A stretch of 63,824 nucleotides of DNA, filler included, from Acidimicrobiia bacterium (GTDB taxonomy: Bacteria > Actinomycetota > Acidimicrobiia > Spongiisociales > SHLN01), in assembly GCA_041619515.1 (NCBI GenBank). It is 4 parts of 4 records of this genome, joined end to end, with 100 filler letters (N's around TTAATTAATTAA, not from the genome) between each part and the next. Parts side by side here need not be neighbours in the genome. Positions count along the whole stretch, not along the records: positions 16,880 to 33,319 come from JBFKDW010000070.1; 3 more parts are not named here. The stretch is one strand, 5' to 3'. Below, in pieces: positions 17,753-27,859 of this stretch. The notes under the pieces are model-generated. The model was not told where the DNA came from, searched no databases, and saw nothing but the letters and a program-made list of their open reading frames with translations. The translations under genes were made by a program, and so were the position numbers. Numbering within the stretch: the stretch's first letter is position 1; every line of letters starts with the position of its first letter.

Positions 17753-19009
17753 ATGACAAGCACCGCTCCCATTCAATGGATACCGAACCCGCGCGCCCGC
17801 TCGGTCATCGACAGCAAAGCAGTTGCCGAGAACTTTCCGGAGGGGATTTTCGAGCAGACCCGGGCCTTTCACCGCCAGATCCCCGGCTACCGCGTTAGCC
17901 CCCTGCGGAGCCTTTCCCACCTCGCCGACATGATCGGAGTGGGGGGTATCTGGGTCAAGGACGAGTCGGCCAGGCTGAGCCTCAACTCCTTCAAGGTGCT
18001 GGGAGGCTCGTTCGCCATCTACCGCTTCATCAAACAGCAGCTCGGCACGGACGACGTGGCCCTCACGTTCTCCGAGCTGGTGTCCGACGAGACCCGTGCC
18101 AAGCTGGGAGACATCACCTTCGCCACCGCCACCGACGGCAACCATGGACGGGGAGTGGCCTGGGCCGCCCAGCAGCTCAACTGTCGAGCCGTCATCTACG
18201 TACACAAGGACACCTCGGTGGCTCGGATTCGCGCCATCGAGGGGTACGGCGCCGAAGTGCACATCGTCGACGGCACCTACGACGATGCGGTGCGTCGGGC
18301 GGGTGAGGAAGCCAACATCAACGGCTGGCAGGTCATCTCCGACACGTCGTGGGAGGGATACGAAGACATTCCTCGCTGGGTCATGCAGGGCTACACCACC
18401 ATGCTGTCCGAGACGCAGGAAGAACTGGCCGGGCAAGGGATCGTCAAGCCAACCCACGTGCTCGTGCAAGCCGGCGTGGGCGCCCTCGCCGCCTCGGTCA
18501 CCGGCTTCTACGCCAGCCGCTTCGGGGCCGACCGTCCCACCCATGTGGTTGTCGAGCCGGCCTCCGCCGACTGCCTGTATCGGTCGGCCCAAATCGCCGA
18601 CGGCTCGCCACACGCCGTCGACGGTGACCTGCAGACCATCATGGCCGGTCTTGCCTGCGGTGAGCCGAGCCCGATCGCCTGGAGCGTCCTGTGGGATACG
18701 GTCGACGCATTCGTTTCCTCACCCGACTACGTGGCTGCCAAGGGCATGCGGGTCTACGGAGTCCCGTTGGCGGGTGACCCCTTCATCGTGTCGGGCGAAT
18801 CCGGAGCGGTCACGCTGGGGGCTCTCACGTTCATCGCCGAGAACCCTGCCTTCGCAGATTTGAAGGAGTATCTCGGGCTGGGCGCCGACTCCCACGTCTT
18901 GCTCATCAACTCCGAGGGCAACACCGATCCGGACTATTTCCGACGGGTGGTATGGGAGGGTGCCGACAGCGTCCCGGAGGACTATCGCCGGTCGCTCGCT
19001 GCCGTCTAG
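17753..19009 (+). CDS. dpaL: Diaminopropionate ammonia-lyase
   Basis: VKDESAR, SFKVLGG (PLP Lys), ATDGNHGRG, ISDTSWEGY, QAGVG, MAGLACGE, SGESGA. Confidence 0.9.
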   Translation: MTSTAPIQWIPNPRARSVIDSKAVAENFPEGIFEQTRAFHRQIPGYRVSPLRSLSHLADMIGVGGIWVKDESARLSLNSFKVLGGSFAIYRFIKQQLGTDDVALTFSELVSDETRAKLGDITFATATDGNHGRGVAWAAQQLNCRAVIYVHKDTSVARIRAIEGYGAEVHIVDGTYDDAVRRAGEEANINGWQVISDTSWEGYEDIPRWVMQGYTTMLSETQEELAGQGIVKPTHVLVQAGVGALAASVTGFYASRFGADRPTHVVVEPASADCLYRSAQIADGSPHAVDGDLQTIMAGLACGEPSPIAWSVLWDTVDAFVSSPDYVAAKGMRVYGVPLAGDPFIVSGESGAVTLGALTFIAENPAFADLKEYLGLGADSHVLLINSEGNTDPDYFRRVVWEGADSVPEDYRRSLAAV

Positions 19010-19224
19010 CTGTCGCTCGAATCCGACGAGCTCGGGGAGCCGGACTCGGAACCGCTCGACGTGCCTCCGTCGGAGTCCGACGGCTCGGAGGCGCTGGACC
19101 GGCCGCCCGGCTCGCCGACCCCCCGGTAGACGTTGGTCTGCTTCTTGGCGAGTTTCTCATGGCGAGGGCAGGACCCGACCGATCCTGAGCGCCACTTCCC
19201 ATGGCAGTAGTGACTGGTGGCCAA
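19006..19224 (-). CDS. Small hypothetical protein
   Basis: AGGAG RBS before TTG; Cys/His-containing N-terminus and Ser/Gly-rich tail. Confidence 0.45.
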   Translation of the reverse strand: MATSHYCHGKWRSGSVGSCPRHEKLAKKQTNVYRGVGEPGGRSSASEPSDSDGGTSSGSESGSPSSSDSSDS

Positions 19225-19288
19225 CTCGTCTCTCCTGTGTCTAGCGCTCCGGCGGACTATTCAACCAGACCGGCGGCGCCGGTGTTCC

Positions 19289-20986
19289 TCAGCGCCGGTA
19301 CGGGATGACCTCGACCGTGCCGGCCGCACCCGCTACCACGAGCAGATCAGTGAACTCGGCGGCTTCGACCGCCGCCGCCACCGCGCCGGCATCAGCAACC
19401 TCGCCGTTCCCGTCCAGGCGGTGCAGGACGGTGATGCGGGCGCCGGTGAGCTCGCCCACCGCTCCTGCGAGGTGCTCACTTGCGGTAACGAGGACCACCT
19501 GCTTGCGGAGCGGCGCCACCGGCGCGTCCACCTGGCCCTCCCGCAGCACCAGGAGGTGATAGACGGCAACCGCCCCGACCGTGAACAGGAGGGCAACGGG
19601 GACCTGGATGTCGTTGCGGAGCCTCCCGCCCCCCTCCCCCAGCAGGTCGTTGAACACCGTGACCAGCAAGAAGATGAGGGACACGGCAGCCACCACGCCG
19701 CCGAGCCCGACGATCCCGAAGAGGTAGCTGCGCCTGGTCGGAGAAGACAACTCGTCGGCGGGGGCGGCCTTGGAGAAGCGGTTGATGCGCCACCAGGCCT
19801 GGCCCCACAGTGGGACGCCGACCGCCAGCAACGTCAGGGCACCCAGGAAGAATTCGATTTCCGACACCATGCTGTCCTCCGGGGGAAACACCACTTCCTG
19901 GAAGCCGATGACCAGGATGACGACGCCCACCATGGCGGTCACCAGCCCAACGGCTGCCAGCACGTAGTCGTACACCCGCTGGACTTCGGTGCGGTCACCG
20001 ACGAGCGGGCCGAGCACGCGCCGGTGGTAGAGCCAGACGGCTCCACCGATGACGAAGGCGGTCACGGCCGGAATGAAATCGGCAAAGTGCCGGACTGCAG
20101 ACGTGAATTGGGGGTCACCAAACCACCATTGCAGGACCGCGAACATGCTGACGCCGGCCCCGACGACGGCGGTGATCAGGCCTCCGAGGACGCCGACGAG
20201 GACCACGTACGAATGCCACAGCACGTCGCGCTTCTCGCGCACTCCGGTGATGACCCAGTGCCAGGCGAACACGGCCGCCCCCACCGTCAGCGCCACCACC
20301 CACGCTGCTACCTGAGCGTCCGTCTCCAGCCCGAGCTCAACCCGGCTGCCGGCATCCAGCAGCCTCTCGAAGATGTGGGTGAGCAGCGCTCCCCCGTAGC
20401 CGGCCATCACGCCGAGGCCGACGGTGGCTCCGAGGTAGACGTGCAGATTGGAAACACCGGAACGGTTGGTGCGCCACAGCCACCAGTGGCCAAGCCAAAT
20501 GAGAGACCACACGAGCAGGGACGCCGGCGCCAGCGCCGCAAACTCCGCGTCCCCAACCAGCCAGTTTCCGGTCACGATGGCCGTTACCACCACCACGGTC
20601 AGCGCGGTGATCAGGGCGAGATTCACATAGATGCTCCAGGCAGGCCCGTGTTCGGTAGTGTCGGAGAGCCCGCGCAACACCCAGCGCCCGAGGAAGAACA
20701 GGATCGGAACACCCACGATGGCCATGGCCAGCGGCTCTGCGGCCCGTTCGCCGCGGGCGACGGAGCCCTCGCTCAGCAAGGCGATGAGCCCGGCCACACC
20801 CCAGGCGGCCACATGGAGAGCCGCATAGAGGGAGCCGAACACCAGGAGGTGTTTCAGCGTCACCGGGGCGACCTCCGACGGCTTGTCCTGCCTGCGACCG
20901 GAAACTGCTTTGACGACGAAGACGATGATGCCGACCAGGATCAGCAACTGAACGAGTGAGGCCAGCAGGCCCAGAACAACCATCAC
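19289..20986 (-). CDS. Multi-pass membrane protein (DUF5671-like repeats)
   Basis: 565 aa with repeated YxYx...xGL TM pairs; GGGAG RBS. Confidence 0.7.
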   Translation of the reverse strand: MMVVLGLLASLVQLLILVGIIVFVVKAVSGRRQDKPSEVAPVTLKHLLVFGSLYAALHVAAWGVAGLIALLSEGSVARGERAAEPLAMAIVGVPILFFLGRWVLRGLSDTTEHGPAWSIYVNLALITALTVVVVTAIVTGNWLVGDAEFAALAPASLLVWSLIWLGHWWLWRTNRSGVSNLHVYLGATVGLGVMAGYGGALLTHIFERLLDAGSRVELGLETDAQVAAWVVALTVGAAVFAWHWVITGVREKRDVLWHSYVVLVGVLGGLITAVVGAGVSMFAVLQWWFGDPQFTSAVRHFADFIPAVTAFVIGGAVWLYHRRVLGPLVGDRTEVQRVYDYVLAAVGLVTAMVGVVILVIGFQEVVFPPEDSMVSEIEFFLGALTLLAVGVPLWGQAWWRINRFSKAAPADELSSPTRRSYLFGIVGLGGVVAAVSLIFLLVTVFNDLLGEGGGRLRNDIQVPVALLFTVGAVAVYHLLVLREGQVDAPVAPLRKQVVLVTASEHLAGAVGELTGARITVLHRLDGNGEVADAGAVAAAVEAAEFTDLLVVAGAAGTVEVIPYRR

Positions 20987-21132
20987 CAGCTCCCGGTTCT
21001 CACGATTTGTTTCATACCATCAGCATGGCGGCACCCGCCTGCTTTCACCATCGGGAACCTCCCGGATTCCCTCTCAGGGTGCCGACCACCAAGCGCCGTC
21101 CCCGCAGGCGCCCGGTCGCAGGCCGCATGTGG

Positions 21133-22824
21133 TCATTCGAGCAGGGCAACGACCGCCGAATAGCCGGCCAGGTCGGCGGCCAGCCAGCCGTCATCGCCGA
21201 TCGAGACCCGCGAGTCGGGATCGGTTGAGACCGCCGGGGCCCACCGTCCCCCGGTCGAAGGCTGGATCTTGACGGCCCGGTGCTCGACGGAGAGATTCAT
21301 CACAACCAGGGCCTCGTCGCCGGGCCCGCCCTCCCGCCAACGCCGGTAGGCGACCACCTTGCCGCCCTCGTCCAGCTCGGCCAGCTCGAATCCCGAACCA
21401 CGCAGGCCCACCGCTCCGGAGTCGCGGCCGGACCGCAACCGGACGAGGCGAAGGATGGTGTCGGCGTCGTCGTTGTCGGCTCCGGACCAATCCACCGGCG
21501 CATCGTCTCTGAAGTAATCCGACTCGAGCCACTCTTGCCCCTGGAACATCATCGGGACGCCCCTGGCGGTGAGGGCGGAGACAATGCCACACATGGCACG
21601 GCCCCGGGCGTACCAGGCGTCGGGATCCTCGCCGTCTATCTCCGACACCACCCTGGTTTGTCCATTCGCAACCTCATCGTGCGATTCGGTGTAGACCACC
21701 CGACCCCAGCCGTCGCGATGATCGGGCCCGGCAATGGCCGTCACCAGCGCTGTCATGTCCCGGTTCTGGTCGTCGGCCGCTTCGAGCAAGGACCGGACGG
21801 GATGCACGAACCCGGCGGACCACTGCAGATCAAAGCCGGCGCCGCCCTCGCCCACCGTCTTGGTGAGCCATTCGTTGCCCTGGAGGTCCTCTGCGATGAG
21901 GAGGCGACCGGGGAACTCGCCGTCCCGCATCTCCGAGATCTGTTGCATCACGAGCCAGCCGTCCGGGAGCTCCTCGGTGCCCTCGGCACCGCCCACCGTC
22001 CGCATATTGATGGTCGAATCGAGCCTGAGACCGTCGATGTGGTACTCACCGAACCACATGCGGGCGTTGTCGACGATGAAGTCTCGAACCTCGGGCCTCC
22101 CGTAGTCGGGTCGGGTGTGTCCCCAGGGTGTCACCGATCGGTGATCGTTGTAGAAATACACGCCCCCGCCGTCGCCCTCGTACCATCCGTCGAAGCGCCA
22201 CATGTCGAGGTCGCTCGGTCCGAAGTGGTTGTACACGACGTCGAGGATCACGGCGATGCCGCGCTCGTGGGCGGATCGAACCAGCCGCTTCAGGGCCTCC
22301 GGGCCCCCGTAGGCGGATTCGACCGCATACGGCAGCGCCGGGTTGTACCCCCAGGAGACGTCGCCGGCGAACTCACCAACCGGCATCAACTCGATGGCGG
22401 TGAACCCGCCTGCGGCAATGTGGTCGAGACGGGAGGCGACACCGTCGAGGTCGCCGCCGAAGGTACCGGTGTGCAGTTCGTAGATCACGAGCTCGTCTAC
22501 CGGCGGGGTGGCGAACGCGTCACCGTTCCAGTCGAACGACGGGTCGAGGACGACGGCCCGACCAACTGAGTTGGTCACCATCCGTGCTCGCGGATCGATC
22601 CGGTCAAAGGTCTCCTCGCCGCGCGTCACCGTGAACACGTATTCGAGTCCCGGGCCTCCGTCGAGGGCGCCCGACCATGTTCCGTCTTCGTTTCTCTCCA
22701 GCGGGAATTCTCCGTTCGACTCTCCGTTCGCGAGCGCAACGGACACCTGGTCGGCGTTGGGCGCCCACACCCGGAATCGGACTCGGCCGTCTTCGATTGA
22801 GCTGCCGAGAGGAATGTCGGTCAT
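21133..22824 (-). CDS. GH13 alpha-glucan enzyme with CBM48 (trehalohydrolase/branching enzyme-like)
   Basis: FRVWAPNA, IYELH, WGYNP, DVVYNH, DGLRLD, IAED, ESHDE. Confidence 0.88.
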   Translation of the reverse strand: MTDIPLGSSIEDGRVRFRVWAPNADQVSVALANGESNGEFPLERNEDGTWSGALDGGPGLEYVFTVTRGEETFDRIDPRARMVTNSVGRAVVLDPSFDWNGDAFATPPVDELVIYELHTGTFGGDLDGVASRLDHIAAGGFTAIELMPVGEFAGDVSWGYNPALPYAVESAYGGPEALKRLVRSAHERGIAVILDVVYNHFGPSDLDMWRFDGWYEGDGGGVYFYNDHRSVTPWGHTRPDYGRPEVRDFIVDNARMWFGEYHIDGLRLDSTINMRTVGGAEGTEELPDGWLVMQQISEMRDGEFPGRLLIAEDLQGNEWLTKTVGEGGAGFDLQWSAGFVHPVRSLLEAADDQNRDMTALVTAIAGPDHRDGWGRVVYTESHDEVANGQTRVVSEIDGEDPDAWYARGRAMCGIVSALTARGVPMMFQGQEWLESDYFRDDAPVDWSGADNDDADTILRLVRLRSGRDSGAVGLRGSGFELAELDEGGKVVAYRRWREGGPGDEALVVMNLSVEHRAVKIQPSTGGRWAPAVSTDPDSRVSIGDDGWLAADLAGYSAVVALLE

Positions 22825-22921
22825 CGTCTGTCTTCGCTTTCAGGAAGGGCGAGATGTCGCTCGCCTGGGATTGGCCGTTGTGGGGGGAACCGGTGCTGGT
22901 GATGAGGATCGTCCCCCGGGT

Positions 22922-22946
22922 GTACCCAAACGTCGGAGATTCAAAC
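22922..22946 (-). promoter_or_regulatory. SigF/SigB-type stress promoter
   Basis: GTTT-15 bp-GGGTAC upstream of the GH13 gene. Confidence 0.55.
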
Positions 22947-23003
22947 CTTCAACGGGAAGGTCGAGCCCCACAGCACGGACGTTGTCGGCCCTGCCCCGCC
23001 CGG

Positions 23004-24014
23004 CTACGAACCCGACCCTTCCTCGAGCTCGAGCTCGTTGCCCGACAGCACCCCATCTTGAAACGCCGCCAGGTTCTCCATCGTGGTCTCGGCGATGGCG
23101 GTGATGGCGTCGATGGTGAAGAAGCCCTGATGGCCGGTGATGATGACGTTGGGGAACGTCAGGAGCCGGGAGAACACGTCGTCGGTGATGATGCGATCCG
23201 ACAGGTTCTCGAAGAAGAGATCCCCCTCCTCCTCGTAGACGTCCAGGCCGAGGTAACCGACCTTGCCGGTCTTGAGCCCATCGATGACGGCCACCGTGTC
23301 GACGAGGGCTCCCCGGCTGGTGTTGACGATCATCACGCCGTCCCGCATCACCGATACCGTCTCGGCATTGATGAGGTGATGGGTCTCGGGAGTGAGCGGC
23401 GTGTGGAGGGTGACGATGTCGGCTGCCCCGAACAGGTCGGGCAAATCGACATACTGGACGCCCAGCTCGGTGCACACCGGGTTCGGATACGGATCGTGAG
23501 CAACGATTCGACAACCGAAGCCGGACATGATGACGGCGACCCGCTCGCCGATCTTGCCGGTCCCGACGATGCCGACCGTGCGGCCGTGCAGATCGAAGCC
23601 GAGCAGCCCGTCGAGGGCGAAGTTGCCGTCCCGCACCCGGGTGTAGGCCTTGTGAATCTGACGGTTGAGGGCCAGGATCATGGCCACCGTATGCTCGGCG
23701 ACGGCGTGCGGCGAGTAGGCGGGAACCCGGGCCACCGTGAACCCGAGCCGCCCCGCCGCTTCCAGGTCGACATGATTGAACCCCGCGCTGCGCAGGGCAA
23801 TGAACCGCACGCCGTGGGCTCGAAGGTCCTCCAGCACCGGGGCGCTGAGGTCGTCGTTGACGAAGGCGCACACCGCGTCGAAGCCCCCCGCCAGCTTGGC
23901 GGTCTCGAGCCGCAGCCGGGTCTCGAGAAACACGAGCTCGTGCCCGAAGGGCTCGTTGGCAGCCTCCAGGTATTGCTCGTCGTGCGGATGGGAGCTGAAG
24001 ACGGCGACTCGCAT
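23004..24014 (-). CDS. ldhA: D-lactate (2-hydroxyacid) dehydrogenase
   Basis: [44 protein letters not shown]. Confidence 0.85.
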   Translation of the reverse strand: MRVAVFSSHPHDEQYLEAANEPFGHELVFLETRLRLETAKLAGGFDAVCAFVNDDLSAPVLEDLRAHGVRFIALRSAGFNHVDLEAAGRLGFTVARVPAYSPHAVAEHTVAMILALNRQIHKAYTRVRDGNFALDGLLGFDLHGRTVGIVGTGKIGERVAVIMSGFGCRIVAHDPYPNPVCTELGVQYVDLPDLFGAADIVTLHTPLTPETHHLINAETVSVMRDGVMIVNTSRGALVDTVAVIDGLKTGKVGYLGLDVYEEEGDLFFENLSDRIITDDVFSRLLTFPNVIITGHQGFFTIDAITAIAETTMENLAAFQDGVLSGNELELEEGSGS

Positions 24015-24970
24015 CAGGTTCCTACACCTCGCATGGCGCCATCTTCGCCGATACGACCCTCGCTCGGCAAGGGCTGGCGAAACAGCCCGGGCGGAACGGG
24101 CGCTCCCACCCGGACCAGCGAAACATGCCAGGAGGGGGAGGACCCGAGCGCCCACCGAAGGGCACCGATCATCAGGCGTCCCGCCGCAATCGCTCCCGGA
24201 TAGGTGCGAATCCCGAGAATCGTGCGGACCCGGGGTGGCACCGTGGCGGCCGCTGCCATATACAGGAGCCGGTACGGGATCTTCACATGGAGCGGGAGCG
24301 GGGGGCTGCGCACGAAGCCGACCGCGTCGACCAGGCCGGGTGAGGGACCCAGCGCCGGATGGCCGGCAATCCAGTTCGCCAGCGAGGAGGCAGTGGCCGG
24401 GGTCGGGTCGGCCGCCAGCAAGCGACCGATCGCAGCCTGTTCGACGACGAAGCGATCCGCCTCGGCAGTGGTGAGCCGGCGGGGCCCGTAGAACTGGTAG
24501 GCCTGCAGGAACGAGTCGGTGAGGGCGTTGTGAACCCAGGCGGCGAGAGCCGGCGACCCGGCGCTGTAGGTCTCACCCCGATGGGATCGGCCCGTGACGG
24601 GACGGTGCGCCCGCCGCACCATTGCGACGGCCGCCTCGACTTCGGGCATGGCGCCGAACGAGGTGGCAGTCACGTAGGCCGAGGTGCGAGAGAGACGCCC
24701 GAGCGGGTCCTCCCGGTAGCGGGAGTGATCGGACACCCCCGCCACCACCTCGGGATGGGCCGCCTGGATGAGCAGCGCCCGTATGCCGCCGACGAAGGCG
24801 GAGGCGTCGCCGACCACCGGCCAGGTCACGGAGTCGGGACCGCACAAGCCCGGGTCGCCGGAGTAATCGAGGGTATGGGCGAGGGGATAGGGGGCATGGG
24901 CAAAGAGGTCGGTGGTGGAGTTGACGATCCGGTCTCGGTAGCGGTCCAGAATCTGCCGGAGGCGTCTCAT
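24014..24970 (-). CDS. Oxygenase MpaB/DUF2236 family protein
   Basis: [32 protein letters not shown]. Confidence 0.85.
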   Translation of the reverse strand: MRRLRQILDRYRDRIVNSTTDLFAHAPYPLAHTLDYSGDPGLCGPDSVTWPVVGDASAFVGGIRALLIQAAHPEVVAGVSDHSRYREDPLGRLSRTSAYVTATSFGAMPEVEAAVAMVRRAHRPVTGRSHRGETYSAGSPALAAWVHNALTDSFLQAYQFYGPRRLTTAEADRFVVEQAAIGRLLAADPTPATASSLANWIAGHPALGPSPGLVDAVGFVRSPPLPLHVKIPYRLLYMAAAATVPPRVRTILGIRTYPGAIAAGRLMIGALRWALGSSPSWHVSLVRVGAPVPPGLFRQPLPSEGRIGEDGAMRGVGT

Positions 24971-25788
24971 CTTCCCGCCCCCGCCGGCTGGCACGACGGG
25001 CACCACCAGATCCGCCGGTTGGCCATCTCCGCCATCGAGATCGGGGTTCTGCACCGCCGGCATCCCTCGCCGTGGCGCCCGTACACGTAGAGCCGCTCGT
25101 CCCGGGCCAGGTCGCTCCGGCGGCGAGCCCCGACATCGGCCGGGTCGACGGTGACGATGCGACCCGCCCGCACGCCTCGCTCCAGGAGATCCACGCTGGT
25201 CGACCAGATTTGCCGGGCGCGCTCATCTGAGAGCTCCCCGGCCGGGACGGATGGGTCGGTATGGGTCAGGAACAGCACTTCGGCTCGATACACGTTCCCC
25301 ACGCCCGCGATCACCCGCTGATCCAGGAGGGCTGCCCCGATGGAAATGCTGCGGCGGGAGAGGTTGGCGATGAACTCGTCCCGACGCCCGCCCCGGGATC
25401 CGTTCTGAAGCGGATCCGGCCCCAAGCGAGAGCGCAGGGCGTGTTCGACTGCCGGGTCGATGAGCTCACAGATGGTCGGGCCTGCCAGGTAGATCGTGGC
25501 ATCGTCGCCGGCCATCACCAGCCGGGTGGCCTCCGAAGGCGGCGGCGGATCTGCCCGGTGGGTACGGAACTTGCCGAAGAGCCCGAGGTGGACGTGCAGC
25601 GTCTCGCCCCCTTCCCAGCGGTAGAACAGGTGCTTGCCGTGGGCGTCGATGCCTTCCAGGGTGCGGCCCGTTAGGCGCCTGGCGCCGGCGGCGAACCGGC
25701 CCTGCGGCGAGGCCGTTGCGATCGACTGGCCGCCGAGGGCTGCCCAGTGCTTGCGGGCATAGCGGTGGATGGTATGGCCTTCTGGCAT
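24967..25788 (-). CDS. nei: Fpg/Nei family DNA glycosylase
   Basis: N-terminal MPEG, GKHL, HLGLFG, LLDQ..IAGVGNVY H2TH, CRRC...CPSCQ zinc finger. Confidence 0.9.
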   Translation of the reverse strand: MPEGHTIHRYARKHWAALGGQSIATASPQGRFAAGARRLTGRTLEGIDAHGKHLFYRWEGGETLHVHLGLFGKFRTHRADPPPPSEATRLVMAGDDATIYLAGPTICELIDPAVEHALRSRLGPDPLQNGSRGGRRDEFIANLSRRSISIGAALLDQRVIAGVGNVYRAEVLFLTHTDPSVPAGELSDERARQIWSTSVDLLERGVRAGRIVTVDPADVGARRRSDLARDERLYVYGRHGEGCRRCRTPISMAEMANRRIWWCPSCQPAGAGR

Positions 25789-25793
25789 GCGGA

Positions 25794-26528
25794 TCAGATA
25801 GTACGGGGCAACCCGATGCGAACGTCCACACCGGCCGAGTAGTGGACGAGCGGGTCGCCGGCAGGCTTTGTGTAGCCGGCGGCTTCAATCAGCTGGTCGT
25901 CGAGCTCGTCGATGGTTGCCCGCTCGAGTGGCCAGGGCGGATGGTCGACCGGGGCATAGGCAAGCCGGGAACGGAGCCGGGTGTAGAGACCCCAACGGGC
26001 CGTGAGAAAGTGTTCGAGGCCGCTCACCTCCGCGGAGGGTATCGGCTCACCTCTCCGGACGCGCACGGTGCTCGCTGCGCCCGGGCCCGGCCAGCGGCGC
26101 CGGGCCGTGTACGACACGACGGGGCCGTCACGGCGGATCGACATCTTCGACCACATGTACGGGAGGCGGTAGCTCAGCCGGGCGATCAGCACCGGGATCA
26201 GCCTGGTGACGTCGAGCGAGTCGAACCACACCCCCGGCCGGCCGTCGGGGCCGAGCACGTAGGTGCGGACGTTCGTCTCGGGGAACGAACCGAAATACGG
26301 GATGGCCGGGGTGCCCGGAACTCGGATGCGCTGCATGTCGAATGCCACCAGCCCCACCCACGCCTGCCCGTCGAACGTGTCGACTTCCAGTCCGGCCGGC
26401 AGCCGCCGTTGCACGCTGGCGGCATCGAAGGGCCAGTGAATGTAGGCGAGGTCCTTCCAGCCCTGCAGCATGACGGGCCGGTCGACCGATTCGAGCGGAG
26501 TTGGCGGATACCGCGGCGGGATGTCCAT
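25794..26528 (-). CDS. YqjF/DUF2071 family protein
   Basis: QGWKDLAYIHW, FPETNVRTYV, GVWFDSLD, FLTARW, HPPW. Confidence 0.88.
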   Translation of the reverse strand: MDIPPRYPPTPLESVDRPVMLQGWKDLAYIHWPFDAASVQRRLPAGLEVDTFDGQAWVGLVAFDMQRIRVPGTPAIPYFGSFPETNVRTYVLGPDGRPGVWFDSLDVTRLIPVLIARLSYRLPYMWSKMSIRRDGPVVSYTARRRWPGPGAASTVRVRRGEPIPSAEVSGLEHFLTARWGLYTRLRSRLAYAPVDHPPWPLERATIDELDDQLIEAAGYTKPAGDPLVHYSAGVDVRIGLPRTI

Positions 26529-26620
26529 CAAAGAGTGTTCGGAGGCGAACGAGCCGGGGGATGAAGAATCCCACCCGGGAGGCGGAATGGCTTCGTATGC
26601 CTCTTGAGACAGGAGATGAC

Positions 26621-27358
26621 ATGAACGAGCAGGTGTTTGTGATTCTGGGGGCAGGCGGGGGCATCGGTTCCGCCACGGCTCGGCTGCTGGCCGAACGAGG
26701 AGCCCGGCTGATCGTGGCCGGGCGCAGCCCGGAGAGGCTGGCCGCAATCGCCGGAGAGACCGGGGGAACTCCGGTTTCCCTGGATGCCACCGACACGTCG
26801 GCGGTCGCCGCCGCGGTCGAACAGGCGGTCACCGATTTCGGGCAAGTCGATGGCATCGCCAACTGCGTCGGCTCCCTCTTGTTGAAGCCGGCGCACATCA
26901 CCAGCGACGACGAGTGGGACGAGACCATCGCCATCAACCTCCGGTCGGCATTCGCTGCCGTCCGTGCCGGAGCGCGCGCCATGCGCGCCGGAGGCGGCTC
27001 CATCGTGCTGGTGTCTTCGGCCGCCGCCCAGCTGGGGCTCGCCAACCACGAAGCCATTGCAGCCGCCAAGGGTGGAATAAACGGTCTCACCCTGGCCGCG
27101 GCCGCCAGCTATGCATCGAGCGGCATCAGAGTGAACGCGGTCGCCCCCGGACTGGTGCGTACCCCGCTCACCGAGCGTCTCACCGCCAACGACAAGGCCG
27201 AGCAAGCTTCACTCTCCATGCACGCCCTGGGACGGCTTGGTGAGCCGAAAGACGTCGCCGCCGCCATCGTCTTCCTGCTCGATCCGGCCAACAGCTGGAT
27301 CACCGGCCAGGTCGTCGGTGTGGATGGCGGCCTGGGCACAATCAGGCCGCGCGGCTGA
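26621..27358 (+). CDS. SDR family oxidoreductase
   Basis: GAGGGIG, AIAAAKGG, IRVNAVAPG, SWITGQ; AGGAG RBS. Confidence 0.9.
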   Translation: MNEQVFVILGAGGGIGSATARLLAERGARLIVAGRSPERLAAIAGETGGTPVSLDATDTSAVAAAVEQAVTDFGQVDGIANCVGSLLLKPAHITSDDEWDETIAINLRSAFAAVRAGARAMRAGGGSIVLVSSAAAQLGLANHEAIAAAKGGINGLTLAAAASYASSGIRVNAVAPGLVRTPLTERLTANDKAEQASLSMHALGRLGEPKDVAAAIVFLLDPANSWITGQVVGVDGGLGTIRPRG

Positions 27359-27360
27359 CG

Positions 27361-27795
27361 GTGGACACAGTTCTGCTGGTCAACCTGGCCGCCACCTGGG
27401 CAATGGTGGGGCTCATATGGTTCGTGCAGCTGGTTCACTATCCCCTGTTCGGCGCGGTTGGAGCATCCGAATTCGTCTCCTACGAGGCCCAGCACACCCG
27501 CAGGACCGCCGGGGCGGTTGCTCTCTTTATGCCGCTGGAGGCCCTCACCGCGGCCTGGCTGGCGGTCGACACCCCCACAGGTGTGAGTCCCGGCCTGCTG
27601 TACGTTGGTCTCGGCCTAGTAGCGGCGCTGTGGGTGTCGACGGCGGCGTGGCAGGCGCCGATGCACGGCCGCCTCGTGCGAGGATACGATGGCCGGCTCC
27701 ACCGCCGGCTCGTCCTGTCAAACTGGATCCGCACCGGGGCCTGGTCGGCCCGGGGGCTCCTCGGACTGGTTCTGGTCGGCCAGGCATTGGCCTGA
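27361..27795 (+). CDS. Conserved membrane protein
   Basis: GLIWFVQLVHYPLF...NWIRT; four TM segments; coupled to the SDR gene. Confidence 0.75.
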   Translation: MDTVLLVNLAATWAMVGLIWFVQLVHYPLFGAVGASEFVSYEAQHTRRTAGAVALFMPLEALTAAWLAVDTPTGVSPGLLYVGLGLVAALWVSTAAWQAPMHGRLVRGYDGRLHRRLVLSNWIRTGAWSARGLLGLVLVGQALA

Positions 27796-27859
27796 GGGGT
27801 GCACCGGGTCCGGGCGCCCGCTGGCATTTCGCGGACGGGGCGCCGTAGCCTGCACCAGC

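Noticed and set aside
19217..20959. Long antisense or alternative-frame ORFs (e.g. 19217-20959, 22677-24203, 27799-29451, 43333-44763, 54424-55749)
   Set aside because: Shadow ORFs typical of high-GC DNA, overlapping well-supported genes and lacking motifs.
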